This document shows positions 45,391-59,112 of a DNA stretch of 64,000 nt, piece after piece. The notes below the pieces were generated by a model. It ran no database searches. It was not told where the DNA came from and worked only from the letters and a program-made list of their open reading frames with translations. Position numbers and translations under genes: made by a program. Position 1 is the stretch's first letter; every line of letters begins with the position of its first letter. Source of the DNA: Eledone cirrhosa (lineage: Eukaryota); NCBI GenBank assembly GCA_964016885.1, contig OZ024749.1, forward strand, positions 38,130,001 to 38,194,000, in the 5' to 3' direction.

Positions 45391-45602
45391 AATAAACCTT
45401 TCAGGAATTACACCAGTCCAGCCTCCTGTTATTTTATAATAATTATCTCCGTACTCGCACCACCAACTACACAAACGAAAACGGATGAGTTGCATTACGT
45501 TGAGTGCTCTCCATAATATTACATCGAGGTTGACCATACGAAATGACCTGTTCTATCCTGTGGAAAACCAAGAAAACTAAATAAATATATATGTAATGTA
45601 TA

Positions 45603-45680
<78 letters not shown>

Positions 45681-45682
<2 letters not shown>

Positions 45683-45809
45683 GGAAAAGGGTCAGGTCCC
45701 CGACGGATGGCTGAGCCCAGGACGTTTCGACGGCTAGGTCTGAATCCAGACGTAGCTGTCGAGTACTCTGGTTCGTTATGGTCCACCTGGTTCCTTACCA
45801 CACTTCCTT

Positions 45810-45814
<5 letters not shown>
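45681..45814 (+). mobile_element. Diverged family B subfamily copy
   Basis: Same termini (taggaa... / ...cttaccacacttccttcttta) with a hairpin junction gacggctaggtctg-aatc-cagacgtagctgtc. Confidence 0.75.
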
Positions 45815-45853
<39 letters not shown>

Positions 45854-45901
45854 TGAGATTCTACAGGACTAGAACTGTTTCATGCTTGAGAAATCATCAG
45901 G

Positions 45902-45950
45902 GATTCCTGATGATTTCTCAAGAATGAAACAGTTCTAGTCCTGTAGAATC
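45902..45950 (+). ncRNA. Complete type I hammerhead in fold-back element 45845-46040
   Basis: GATTC-CTGATGA-T-TTC-TCAA-GAA-T-GAAA-CAG-TTCTAGTC-CTG-TA-GAATC. Palindrome 45845-45962 plus tail. A 3' fragment also sits at 41901-41946. Confidence 0.8.
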
Positions 45951-46036
45951 TCATCTATATTAAAACTGTTATACTCTGCTATGTATTGAGTACCTTACTT
46001 ACTGTCGTTACCTCCAATTCAACCCGGAATAACTTA

Positions 46037-46454
<418 letters not shown>

Positions 46455-46640
46455 ATATGTATGTATATAGTATGTATATGTATATAGTATATATAGTGCA
46501 TGTTTCGTGTATATATATATAGTGTATGAATGAAGTACGACGACAATGATAATCAGTTTCTTCTTTATAATAGATGTACTGCGTAATGATATAGAATAAT
46601 GTGTAATTGTAATCATATATAGATATTTATGTATAAGGAG

Positions 46641-46717
<77 letters not shown>

Positions 46718-47165
46718 TATATATATATATAAATACATATATACACACACATCTCCATATATATAAATCTCTATATATGATTACAATTACACATTATTCT
46801 ATATCACTACGCAGTACATCTATTATAAAGAAGAAACTGATTATCATATATACATATATATATTTATATTTATATATATATGTGTATATATATGTATATA
46901 TATATACATATATATGTATACATACATATATATATATATATAAGTATGTATCTATACGTACATACATATATGTATACAGACGTACAATAGTATGTATATA
47001 TATATACATACATGCACACATATATATATATATATGCACGTATCGGCTTACCGAATATTTATTATAATGCTCGGTTTGTTTGTTTGTAAACAAACAAACA
47101 GCCTGAAATACGCCGTACAGTGTTTAGGCAACCACGTCACCTTTTTGTTCAACACTGACACAGGA

Positions 47166-47208
47166 ACGATGTACTAGTTTCAAGCTTATTAGCTATCGTC
47201 AGCATCGT
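47166..47208 (-). ncRNA. Intact minimal type I hammerhead ribozyme, sense to the host pre-mRNA
   Basis: Exact reverse complement of 47705-47747. Confidence 0.88.
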
Positions 47209-47704
47209 ATACCTTCCTGCCAGATGGTTGAACGTCTGAAAGTATATACTTTCCTTATGCGTATTAACGGTTGAGCAGCCTAATTTGTATATCGAGTGAG
47301 TTCAGTCGGCCGGGCACACCGAAAACGATAAATGGAATAGAATGAAACGAAATTTCATTTCTCACTCTTAGTAGGGCACTTACTTAAATGTAAGTATGTA
47401 TGTATACGTACATACATATATGTATAGGTGCATATATATATGTGTGCATGTATGTATATATATAAATACTACTGTACGTCTGTATACATATATGTATGTA
47501 CGTATACATACATATATACTTACATTTAAGTAAGTGGCGCACTAAGAGTGAGAAATGAAATTTCGTTTCATTCTATTCCATTTATAGATTTCGGTGTGCC
47601 CGACCGACTGAACTCACTCGATATGCAAATTAGGCTGCTCAGCCGTTAATATGCATAAGGAAAGTATATACTTTCAGACTTTCAACCATCTGGCAGGAAG
47701 GTAT

Positions 47705-47747
47705 ACGATGCTGACGATAGCTAATAAGCTTGAAACTAGTACATCGT
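47705..47747 (+). ncRNA. Intact minimal type I hammerhead ribozyme
   Basis: ACGATG-CTGACGA-T-AGCT-AATA-AGCT-T-GAAA-CTAG-TA-CATCGT. 6-bp stem I, palindromic stem III, GUA site after 47741. Confidence 0.88.
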
Positions 47748-48015
47748 TCCTGTGTCAGTGTTGAACAAAAAGGTGACATGGTTGCCTAAACACTGTACGG
47801 CGTAACTCGGGCTGTTTGTTTGTTTACAAACAAACAAACCGAGCATTATAATAAATGTTCGGTAAATCGATACGTGCATATATATATATGTGTGCATGTA
47901 TGTATATATACTACTGTACGTCTGTATACATATATGTATGTACGTATACATACATACATACTTAGACTTAAGTAAGTGCCGTACTAAGAGTGAGAAATGA
48001 AATTTCGTTTCATTC

Positions 48016-48070
<55 letters not shown>

Positions 48071-48272
48071 CACACTCTCGAGTTTCACCTGCTGCTCACG
48101 CCGACATCAGACTTCTTGTCTGATGTAAGAAGCAGAAGAAACTCCAGGGCAACAACGCTGAGTGTGTAACCTTCATATGATGAATATTTAAACTCTAATT
48201 CGGTATTGACCATTTTTCTTTCTCATTCATCTAATTCATACATACATACATGTGTGTGCGTGTGTGTGTGTG

Positions 48273-48320
<48 letters not shown>

Positions 48321-48340
48321 CATATATATTTATATATATG

Positions 48341-48451
<111 letters not shown>

Positions 48452-48454
48452 ATT

Positions 48455-48533
<79 letters not shown>

Positions 48534-48778
48534 TAAAATAACAGATTAAAGTTTAAGCAAAGAATCGCTGCTTTCACCCTTAACGGGATCTTCTGAAACT
48601 AACAAAGTCAATCTGTAAACGCAGAACTGGAAATTTCAAAAAACGTTGCAACCGGAGGAAGACAGGAAGACGATACTTTGGTTCGTGGAAACGTTCGCTG
48701 GCAAAGAACGGGAAAAAACGAATAATACGTCATTAATAGGAGCGGTGAAAAACAATTACGCGCAATATATATATTTAA

Positions 48779-48809
<31 letters not shown>

Positions 48810-48874
48810 TACATATATATATTTATATATATATATGTATATACATGTAGGAGGTGAGTTTTACTGTAGTACAC

Positions 48875-49071
48875 TAAAGCAATGCAGATATCGGATAAGA
48901 AGCACTCTTATATTGATTTAAAACTGGACTATTCACAAGTGTGTTTTAACCTTCATATCATGTTTCCCTATTTTATCGGACGAAAACGCAAATGTTATTT
49001 CATGATGATATTTGTTTTTGAAATGCGCATAATAAAATACATGGAACTCTTTTAACCATCTTTTGATCTTA
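48875..49071. mobile_element. Family C insertion with the direct arm deleted and the hammerhead core mutated (CGGACGA)
   Basis: Tail matching 58729-58757 is fused to an arm matching 58960-59115. Confidence 0.8.
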
Positions 49072-49075
49072 TATA

Positions 49076-49460
<385 letters not shown>

Positions 49461-49473
49461 CATACACACACAC

Positions 49474-49522
<49 letters not shown>

Positions 49523-49531
49523 CATACACAC

Positions 49532-49580
<49 letters not shown>

Positions 49581-49780
49581 CATTTATATATATATGTATA
49601 TAAATATATATATATATGTATATAAATATATATATATATATGAATATATATATATCTATGTATATGCGCTTATATATATATATCTATTCTCTTAGATTAA
49701 TGCATATATAGATGATAACGTTCAACAAATATACATCCATAGGTACACACACTCACATACAAATATATATATATATTCAT

Positions 49781-49811
<31 letters not shown>

Positions 49812-49848
49812 CATACACACACACACAAATATATATATATATATACAT

Positions 49849-49912
<64 letters not shown>

Positions 49913-49951
49913 ATATAGATATGTGTGTGTGTGTGTATATATATGTATATA

Positions 49952-50074
<123 letters not shown>

Positions 50075-50279
50075 ACGTATGGATATATATTTGTTGAATG
50101 TTATCATCTATATATTCATTAATCAAAGAATATATTATTCAGAAATGTAATAAAATGTATCAACTGTCATGGCAGCTGTCTCAATGTACACATACGCACT
50201 CTCACATTTAAACATATGCATATCAATATATAGACATATGTATGCATCAACACATACCATAATATACATATATACATAT

Positions 50280-50339
<60 letters not shown>

Positions 50340-50470
50340 TAAAATATATAATATATAATATATTACGTACTCATAAAATTGCATATATATATATATATAA
50401 TATATTTACATATTCATATATTTAGGTACATATATATGTATAGATACATATACACACTCATACACACACA

Positions 50471-50519
<49 letters not shown>

Positions 50520-50875
50520 GAGCATAATACGTATGTACGTTCGTATAGAGGTAATTGTAACTACTAAATAATAAAATATATATACACACACATACACACA
50601 CACACACGTACGTATCCGCGCGCACACACACATGTATATATATATATATATATAAGATTTTAGTATTCAGTAATGAATAGGTTGTCAAATTATCTAAGGT
50701 ATTTCTTATTTAGGTGAAAAATAAAACTATATTATATCTGCGTCTACGTTATTACGTTAAAGTCGGCCGCCTGACATTTATATCAAATATATATTATACT
50801 CGCCCTTGTTTATATTTTTTCACACTTTTACTTCTTAACATTAATTTTATTACTCTCTTTCTCTCAATTTTATTA

Positions 50876-50954
<79 letters not shown>

Positions 50955-51729
50955 TTTTTTCACTCGGTCCTTATCTCTCGCTCTCTTAGTAGCTGTTAGT
51001 AAATAATTGTTGAAAGATAATATAGTGAGAGATATAGCAGAGTCTGGATGCTTATTGCAGAAGCGTCACATCTATAATGGTCGGCCAGAATTTTTTTCTC
51101 ATTGTCGCTTCAAATTGCTAGCAAATACCGACTGAGAGATTATGAAGTCCCTTCGTACCTTTTCTACGCCCCAGTGTCACTTTTCTTTGTCTGCACGTTG
51201 GACTACACTCCATATTATTCTCTTCTATTTTACTTTTTCTTTCCTTTCTATATACATTTTCCTCCTTTGTTTAAGCCCCCGAGCATCATTCTCTCTCTTC
51301 TACGTCACTTGACGCACTTAGGATACTTTTTCTTCTATATTTGTGTAGTTCGCCTAAATGCCTAGCTTGTCTTGGCCTGTCTTTTTTTTTTCTCCTATGT
51401 ACACCGAATTGAACGGTATCAACCTTAATAACCAAAATCATAGTGATTTCCAGAGGTTGACTGACGAAATTGGACTCTGTCCTTCCGTTTTTTTCCATTC
51501 TCTTTGTCCTGTGTGCTTCCTATTTTGTAAAAGTCGTAGTCATGCGAGCCTTTTTTGAAACCATATATATACACAGACACTCTATACTGGAGGTTGAGGC
51601 CCACCTCAAGTAACATTTTTTCTACCATAAATAATATATCATTCTAATGGGAAACTTACAAAAGAATCTGAAAAAGATTTCAGTAAGTTATCCTATGCAA
51701 GCTTAATCTTGAACTGGGGCATCAGATTT

Positions 51730-51832
51730 TAAAGTTATTGATATGGTTAAACGAGAAACACACGTCGATTCTGGAGTTTATTAGCTATGCATCTGACCGT
51801 CTTTCTCTCGTTTAACCATATCAACGACTTTA
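51730..51832. mobile_element. MITE-like element with ~28-bp TIRs
   Basis: taaagttattgatatggttaaacgaga ... tctcgtttaaccatatcaacgacttta. Confidence 0.6.
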
Positions 51833-53484
51833 TAACTTTTCTTGTGCAACTTCAGTGTAGATGCAAAATACAGTATGATAAAGCCATACCAGTCTAAGTT
51901 ACGATTACGTAAAAATGACGTATTGGCATTGCAGAGATGTGTATAACTGAATAGATTTAATTATGTAATAAAACAACACTGTCTTAATGTTCATTCGCAT
52001 ACACAATATATCTGTGTCTCTGTATGTGTACGTGTCTCTGTGTGTTTATGCATGTATATATATATGTGTGTGTTTGTGTGTCTGTGTATTTGTTTTTAAG
52101 CAGGATTTAAACTTGAAATGAAAGCCATTTATGGCAGATTCTGAAGTAATTATTCCATTCAGTGGCTACCATAAATGACACATTATGTCTAAACCATTTT
52201 GTTTCTGAACGGCGTCTCACTTCTATGTCCTTCGAATACAAACAACTGTATTCCCCCTTTGGCCAAAAATCTCATCTTCTTGCAGAACAACATGACATTA
52301 GGAATATTGCAAACGTTTAAGAAATATACAGCTTAGACTGGATGCATTATGGCTGAAGAGTAGTTCGCCTCGCAATCATTAGGTAACGGATTCGATCACA
52401 ATTCAGTATATTTTGTGCAGATGTAATTTACAGCACCCTTGGATCGATTCATATCGAGTGAAATTGATTAGACAAACGGTTGGAAAACGGTCGATCGGAT
52501 TTTACTTGTAATTCAAAAGACTAGACTTGTCACATTTTGTGTTTCTACGTATCTCCTTGCAAATTACATTAAGGATACAAGTCACTGAGTAAGGCTCCAT
52601 CACTTACACGGTAATTCCAGTTGGTCCAACAACTGAAACAATTTTCATCAAACTCGACGGTGGGTCATTCCAGAAAGCAGGTCATAGTATTTCTATATCT
52701 AATAATTTCCAAGAAAGTAATGAAGAGTGGGTGCTTATACTCATCCCCCAAAAGTACAACATGAAATAAAAGAGCTTGTAATAGGACACAACGACGCGTA
52801 ACACGCGTTTGGAATATAACCTACGGCCGTATGATCGCGACCTCAACATCTTAAACCACTTAGACAAATGGCCTCACGCCCTCATAGAATATTGCTTTTT
52901 AATTTAGCCACAAATCCAACAAATTTGTAGGGAAGAAAAGGCGTTTAAATCGAACCAGTGTTTGACTGGTACTTCGGAATGCTGAAAGGTAAAATTGAGC
53001 TCAACGGGATCTGTCCTCAGAACATAAAAAGCCATATCGATTCTAACATGTCCCTGTCCTACATATCATGAGAGTGTAATTCTTTCTAAAATTGACGAAA
53101 AGCCAGTATTCAGGGGGAAAAGGAAAATCGATATATCAACCCCAATGCTTAATTGGCACTTGAGTTTATCGAACCAGAAAGGATGAATCGCTACGTTAAA
53201 CTCTGCAGAATCTGAACTCAGGACATAGACAGCTGATTCTGCCAATCCACCTACACGCAGGGATAGCATAATCACATGAATTATTGTAATACAACTGTCT
53301 ATTTCTTTGTAGTCATTTATCAACAGCCTGTCATTTTATTAGTAGTTCCAATAATTCAAATACTGTCACAATTCCATAGGATATTAAACTCAAGTATATA
53401 TATATATATATAACGGCATTCCTAAATTTTAACGACAATACAACTTTCTCCGGCTTAGCCTGTCCCCCCCCCCCTTTGGAACCT

Positions 53485-53520
53485 TCCCCCGTTGATGGGC
53501 GTGAGCCCGAAATATTGGGA
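53485..53520 (+). ncRNA. Degenerate hammerhead motif
   Basis: TCCC-CCGTTGA(2 changes from CTGATGA)-T-GGGC-GTGA-GCCC-GAAA-TA-TT-GGGA. Confidence 0.5.
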
Positions 53521-53694
53521 TTAAATCTCCACTACGGTAACCCTTCTACCTTTGTTTTGTTTTCATTTTCATTTTCACTTTTCTCCTATTTTTCACTCAC
53601 TTCTTACCTCGAGATTTCCCATCTGCATTGTTGTGGCTTTCTAAACTACATATTTTACACATTTCACAATGCTTCAAGCAAACTTTAACACCCT

Positions 53695-53726
<32 letters not shown>

Positions 53727-53730
<4 letters not shown>

Positions 53731-53858
53731 AACCAGTAAGACCCCGACAGCTGAGCTCAAGCCGTTTCGACGGCTAATTCTGGACTCACTCTACTACCTC
53801 AAGTATTGAGTACTTTGGTGCGTTATGGTCCACCTGGTTCCTTACCACATTTCCTTCG

Positions 53859-53861
<3 letters not shown>
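53727..53861 (+). mobile_element. Family B insertion with the paired part of the direct arm deleted
   Basis: Inverted copy fused directly to the tail. Same termini, (TA)n flanks. Confidence 0.85.
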
Positions 53862-53913
<52 letters not shown>

Positions 53914-54008
53914 GTGGGTTCGTGTATGGGTTCATGTGTGTGTGAATATATATACATAATAATAATGGCATAAATATAGTGAAACAAATGGAGAAATCAC
54001 AAACAAAT

Positions 54009-54109
<101 letters not shown>

Positions 54110-54193
54110 GATAAACAGAAATAACAACACAATCGGTACAGTATATGGAAGGAATATATTAGGTTAACGCTTGAAATAGCCGGAAGAGGATCG

Positions 54194-54227
54194 TAACGTT
54201 TCGGACGATAGTCCTTCATCAGAAGAA
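54194..54227 (-). ncRNA. Hammerhead core (stem I degenerate) in a Penelope-like 3' end ~54104-54235
   Basis: CTGATGA-A-GGAC-TATC-GTCC-GAAA-CGTTA. The same 3' terminus (gttatttctgttta..tttaca) recurs near 2617, 13181 and 13555. Confidence 0.7.
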
Positions 54228-54269
54228 AGAATGAGTATATATATAATAATTATAAAACAACATAGTTAC

Positions 54270-54417
54270 CTTGAGTACATGAACACGTGGTATTGGTTTC
54301 ATTTTGAGGGTCTGGAACACATGATCCACCGTTTTCACAGGGACTATTGTAACATGGGTTGTACGTCTCGCAATATTTCCCTTCAAAACCTGGACAGCAC
54401 TGACAAACATATGTTAA
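54270..54417 (-). CDS. Internal exon (phase 0 to 1) of a Notch-like multi-EGF protein (weary/DNER-like)
   Basis: Acceptor ttttattttcag, donor G|gtaact. 148 nt reading LTYVCQCCPGFEGKYCETYNPCYNSPCENGGSCVPDPQNETNTTCSCTQ(G), with EGF cysteine spacing. This frame is not in the supplied ORF track. Confidence 0.9.
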
Positions 54418-54799
54418 CTGAAAATAAAATATAACGATTTAATCGATTATATCGGCCAAAAGTACTTATTTCATTGTTAAGTAATTCAAAATGTGTAGAA
54501 ATCATCAAGCTGCTGAAGAATATCAAGTATAATAGAAAATTACTGACACATGTTCTATTGTTTTAGCTGTGAAAAATGAACCAATTTAAAATAGTGGGGT
54601 GTTTTAATGTTGACAGACACATCGTATCACATCTAACCCCAGAACACCACTGGTACCTTTTTTTTATTGATCGAGCTGTGATAAAATAAATTTGGAACTA
54701 CTGAGTGTAAAACATGAGTTATCAAAACTATAAAAATAAAGTTAATATTAGCGGATTAGATCTCAGAACCTTTGAACGAATACTTTAACATCGTTTAGC

Positions 54800-55275
54800 G
54801 CGGTACTTTAGCCACAGCAGAATGGTAGGGCGGTACTTTAGCCACAGCAGAATGGTAGGGCCAAACTTTTTAAGAACGTTTAGTGCTGTATTTTACGTAT
54901 TCTGGAACGACAAAGTTAAAAAAATGTAGCAAGATTTAGTCCGGCATTCCAACTCTACCAGAGCGACAGTGTCGAATTCTGTAACGACATTTAATCCGGC
55001 GCTTTCACCACTCTGGAACAAAGTTGAATACTGTAGCAACATTTAGTCCAGCACTCTAGCTCCACTAGAGCAACAAAGTCGAATTATGTAACAACATTTA
55101 ATCCGGCACTTTAAACACCCTGGAACCACAAAGCTGAATACTGTAACAGTATTTAGTCCGGCACTCCAACTCTACCAGAGCGACAGAGTCGAACAACATT
55201 TAATCCGGAACTGTAACCACCTTGGAACGACAAAGTTGAATACTGTTGCAACATTTAATCCAACTCTTTAAACCC
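54800..55275. repeat. 30-bp tandem duplication followed by a ~55-bp minisatellite with alternating variants
   Basis: atttagtcc / atttaatcc landmarks near 54934, 54989, 55041, 55096, 55151, 55198, 55253. Confidence 0.8.
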
Positions 55276-55390
55276 CGTTTTCCCATTAACATTCCACCAC
55301 CCATTTCATTTATGAATGATTTAAAAATTTTCAAATTTGTCAAATCTATTTTAGAGCTATTAAAAATACTTTGCTTGTGTTGATTATTAG

Positions 55391-55447
<57 letters not shown>

Positions 55448-55877
55448 ATATATTTTAAATTTTCTACATCGTCAGTGTTAGTCTTAATGTCATTTCTAGG
55501 ATGTCAGCTGTTCTTAATGGCTTCTCATCTCAAAACCAGTTTCTGCAGGGAGTCCTACCACCATCTCCACCACCACAACCTCAAGATACATTAACGAAAA
55601 TTGCTATGCATTACAAGAGAGAGAAAAGTTACATGTAATTTAATTAATTAATGCATTATCTTTTCTAGCAATGGCCTTCCCCGCTCGCCCATTGCCGGAG
55701 AAGATTTAATTTAAAATATTCAAAATCCCATTATTGGCTTCATTATATTTACATATTTTAAAACATTGAAAAATTAGTTACTAAATTAAGGAAACTACAT
55801 GTTGAAGAATATTGTAGTGAGGCGCAGAAATGTTATGTAAAACTTATGCAAATATATTCAATGATACGGTTAGATTG

Positions 55878-55909
<32 letters not shown>

Positions 55910-55915
55910 CGGTGA

Positions 55916-55982
<67 letters not shown>

Positions 55983-56077
55983 TGTGGTGGTGATAGTAGT
56001 AGTAGTAGTAGTAGTTGTGGTGGTGATAGTAGTAGTAGTAGTAGTAGTAGTAGGGATAGTAGTAGTAGTAGTAGGGA

Positions 56078-56115
<38 letters not shown>

Positions 56116-57565
56116 ATAGTAGTAGTAGTAGTGATAGCAGCAGCGGTGGCGGTGGTACTGGTGTTGATGGGGGGTGGGGTGGCGGTAGTGGTAGTGGTGG
56201 TGGTGGTGGTGGTAGCAGACTGGTCACGTAACGTGGTGCAACTTTTCACCCTTATTATATAGCAGCTGACTAGTTATTGCTGTTGTCGTTGTTGTTGAGA
56301 AGGACGGTTAGAATGCTTCGCGATATCCGTCTTGGTTATCTGCGTTCTTTTCCTCTTCGTTTCAGATGACCTACGCCTAGTTTAAATGCCCAAAAGTGTC
56401 AGTAATTTACCCGCACCCCTACGACTTAAGCAGAAGTTCAGGGATTAAAATTGTCCAGCATTGATGCCCTCCTGTTTTTTATGCCAAGAAATCCATTATT
56501 CATTGTGTCATTCATTCTTGTTCTTTTTTTTTCCCGTTATGTTGGATGGTTGGATGGGTGTTCTTTTCTAGCAGATTCAGCGATCACATAGAGGTTTCTC
56601 TTGAGAGCTTGATTGGCAAGAAATATTATGAAGCTAAGGCGATATATCTAATGTGCCACTGTTGTAACTATTTTAAAGGTGAATAGACGGGTGGTACTAT
56701 GAAAAAGAAACAGGAAACTATGTAATCAATGAGAGGAATTGGAAAGTAATAGAAAATCGGCGAAGAAGTAACGAAGCAAACTGAAGGAAAGAGATTAATG
56801 GTCCATTAAAGTTAAAAATGAAAGCGAACACGGCAACGCAGCGATAGAAGAAACCGTAAGAGAAGTTAAGTATTTAACAATCAATATCAGAAATATATCA
56901 CTTGAAAGAACATGACGGCTTTATTTTCTGTGAGAATCCTCTGGAACAAATAAGAATATCGATATGTAAGGTAGAGAGATAATAGAGTGGAGAAGTATTA
57001 GTAGAAGATAAAGTTATATATGTTGAATAGAAATGATTTCGGAAACAGAGTGAATGAAGTGAAATTATTCAACGATGTAAGAAAGATATAACTAACGTTC
57101 GTTTTTCTGTCTCAATATAATCGCATTGTTTAAATATATAGTATAGGAGATGATATGATAAGCCATTGGCTGTTTTGGTAGCTGCTATGGTAGGCTGGAG
57201 TAACAGTAAATAAAGCAGAAGAAAGAAAGATATAATGAATGAATGAGTGGCGAAAGAAAGGAAGAAAGAAAGAAATATCAAACAATGAAGTGATCAGCTA
57301 GGCGTACAGAAGAAAAAGTAGAATGAAAATGGTGGAAGTTAAGTAAAGTTTATAAAGATCAATGGCTGAATTTATGTAACAAACTGTAATAACTGGATAA
57401 AGCAATATTTACTGGAGTGAATAACATTAGATTGGAGGTGTTTGTTGTAGTTAAAGTGAATTGGTATTGTTGCTAGGATGTTGGTTACGATACTGTATAA
57501 TATTAGTTCCTGTGCTCTGTTTTCAAATATTACCATGACCAATTTTGAACACACAGATGTGGTAA

Positions 57566-57756
57566 GCCCCTGCACTGATGTGGGAGCCCCTGACGGACAC
57601 ACTAGAAGACGGAGACCGAGGTTGACATATGTTGACACCCTAAGGACAGACACCAGTCTCTTGGAGACGCAGGACATGGCAGAGATGATGAGGGACAGAG
57701 ACCGCTGGAAAGAACTCGTCCATGGATCTCGGGAATTTTACCCGCCCTAGATAGAT
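57566..57756 (+). mobile_element. 5'-truncated RTE-type LINE with 11-bp TSD
   Basis: GHTRRRRPRLTYVDTLRTDT...MRDRDRWKELV, (TAGA)n tail, TSD agatgtggtaa at 57555-57565 and 57757-57767. Confidence 0.85.
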
Positions 57757-58119
57757 AGATGTGGTAAATTTTAACATTCTTATGTCGATGTTGTCTCTAG
57801 GGGACATGTCTTCTCTGGGTAGGTGGGAGATGGGTAGGGTAATATGATTCTGGGGAGGAAAGATTAAGTAACGAAATTAGTTAGCAGCAGACTGCATTTT
57901 GACAGAATATGAGGCTGTTGATTTTTATTTTAAGTGTCTGTGCGTGTGTTTGCGTGTATGTGTGCGCGCTTGCGCGAGTGTGTGCGTGTGTGTGTGTTTG
58001 CGTGTATGTGTGCGTGTGTGCGTGTGTGGGGGGTTATGTGTGTGTGGGGGTGGGAGTGTGGGGGGGTGGGGGTGGTGCGTGTGTGTGTGTGCGTGTGAGT
58101 GTGTCAAGGTGCCTGATTT

Positions 58120-58390
58120 ATTGTTTAGAGTGTTTGTCGCACGAGCTGGACTCCCGCTAGCACGTTGTGTACTTAAGCAAAACTCTTTACTTCATGTTGC
58201 TCCAGCCCACTCACCTGTCAAAAATGACTTGTACCTGTAATTAAAAGGACCAACCTTCGTAAATACTGAGTCACCCTGGATCGTCCTGAGAATTACGCTA
58301 AGAGTAAATGTGCCTGAGAAATTCTCCCTCTATTACCTTAATTTCATTAGCTAGCTGAAATACTCATCGTCGAAATCGACAGATGTCCAT
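58120..58390 (+). mobile_element. Older second SINE family, degenerate (related pieces near 10990-11150, 52345-52670, 60845-60940, 61835-61990)
   Basis: Shared blocks such as ttgtacctgtaatt.aaagg.cc, gagaattacg.taag and gttgtgtactt.agcaa. Confidence 0.55.
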
Positions 58391-58399
58391 TGACAACAA

Positions 58400-58479
<80 letters not shown>

Positions 58480-58487
58480 ATTATATA

Positions 58488-58546
<59 letters not shown>

Positions 58547-58655
58547 GTAATTATATATATATATGTAATTATATATATATGTATATATATATATGTATAT
58601 GTATATATATATAATTATATATATATGTATATATATATATATATATAATTATATA

Positions 58656-58712
<57 letters not shown>

Positions 58713-58820
58713 GTGTAGCACAATAAAACAATGCAAATATCGGATAAGCAGCACTCTACAGTTTATAGGACTTGAGCATAAATAATATAAGATCAAAAGA
58801 TGGTTAAAAGAGTTCAAAGC

Positions 58821-58889
58821 ATTTTATTATGCGCATTTCAAAAACAAATATCATCACGGGATGATATCTGCGTTCTCATCAGATAAAAT
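58821..58889 (-). ncRNA. Type I hammerhead ribozyme, family C
   Basis: Reverse complement of 59017-59085, with changes confined mainly to loop II. Confidence 0.82.
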
Positions 58890-59015
58890 AGGGAGACATG
58901 ATATGGAGCTTAAAAAACACTTGTGAATAGTGAAGTTTTAAATCAACATATATGATCTGTTGATTTAAAACTTCACTATTCACAAGTGTTTTTTAAGCTC
59001 CATATCATGTCTCCC

Positions 59016-59086
59016 TATTTTATCTGATGAGAACGCAGATATCATCCCATAATGATATTTGTTTTTGAAATGCGCATAATAAAATA
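59016..59086 (+). ncRNA. Complete type I hammerhead ribozyme, family C
   Basis: TATTTTAT-CTGATGA-15-bp stem II-GAAA-TGCGCA-TA-ATAAAATA. AUA site after 59078. Confidence 0.85.
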
Positions 59087-59112
59087 CTTGGAACTCTTTT
59101 AACCATCTTTTG

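Larger units (their letters stand above)
46941..48019. mobile_element. Retrozyme-like / non-autonomous Penelope-like element, ~440-450-nt unit, ~1.1 copies on minus and ~1.3 copies on plus
   Basis: Plus-strand period 442 bp (actaagagtgag at 47541 and 47983), minus-strand period 450 bp. One hammerhead per unit, no ORF, (TA)n flanks. Confidence 0.85.

Noticed and set aside
48080-48147. Hairpin acatcagac-ttctt-gtctgatgt with flanking GAAAC
   Set aside because: May be a decayed fold-back ribozyme element, but the core (CTGATGT) and stems are too degenerate to support.
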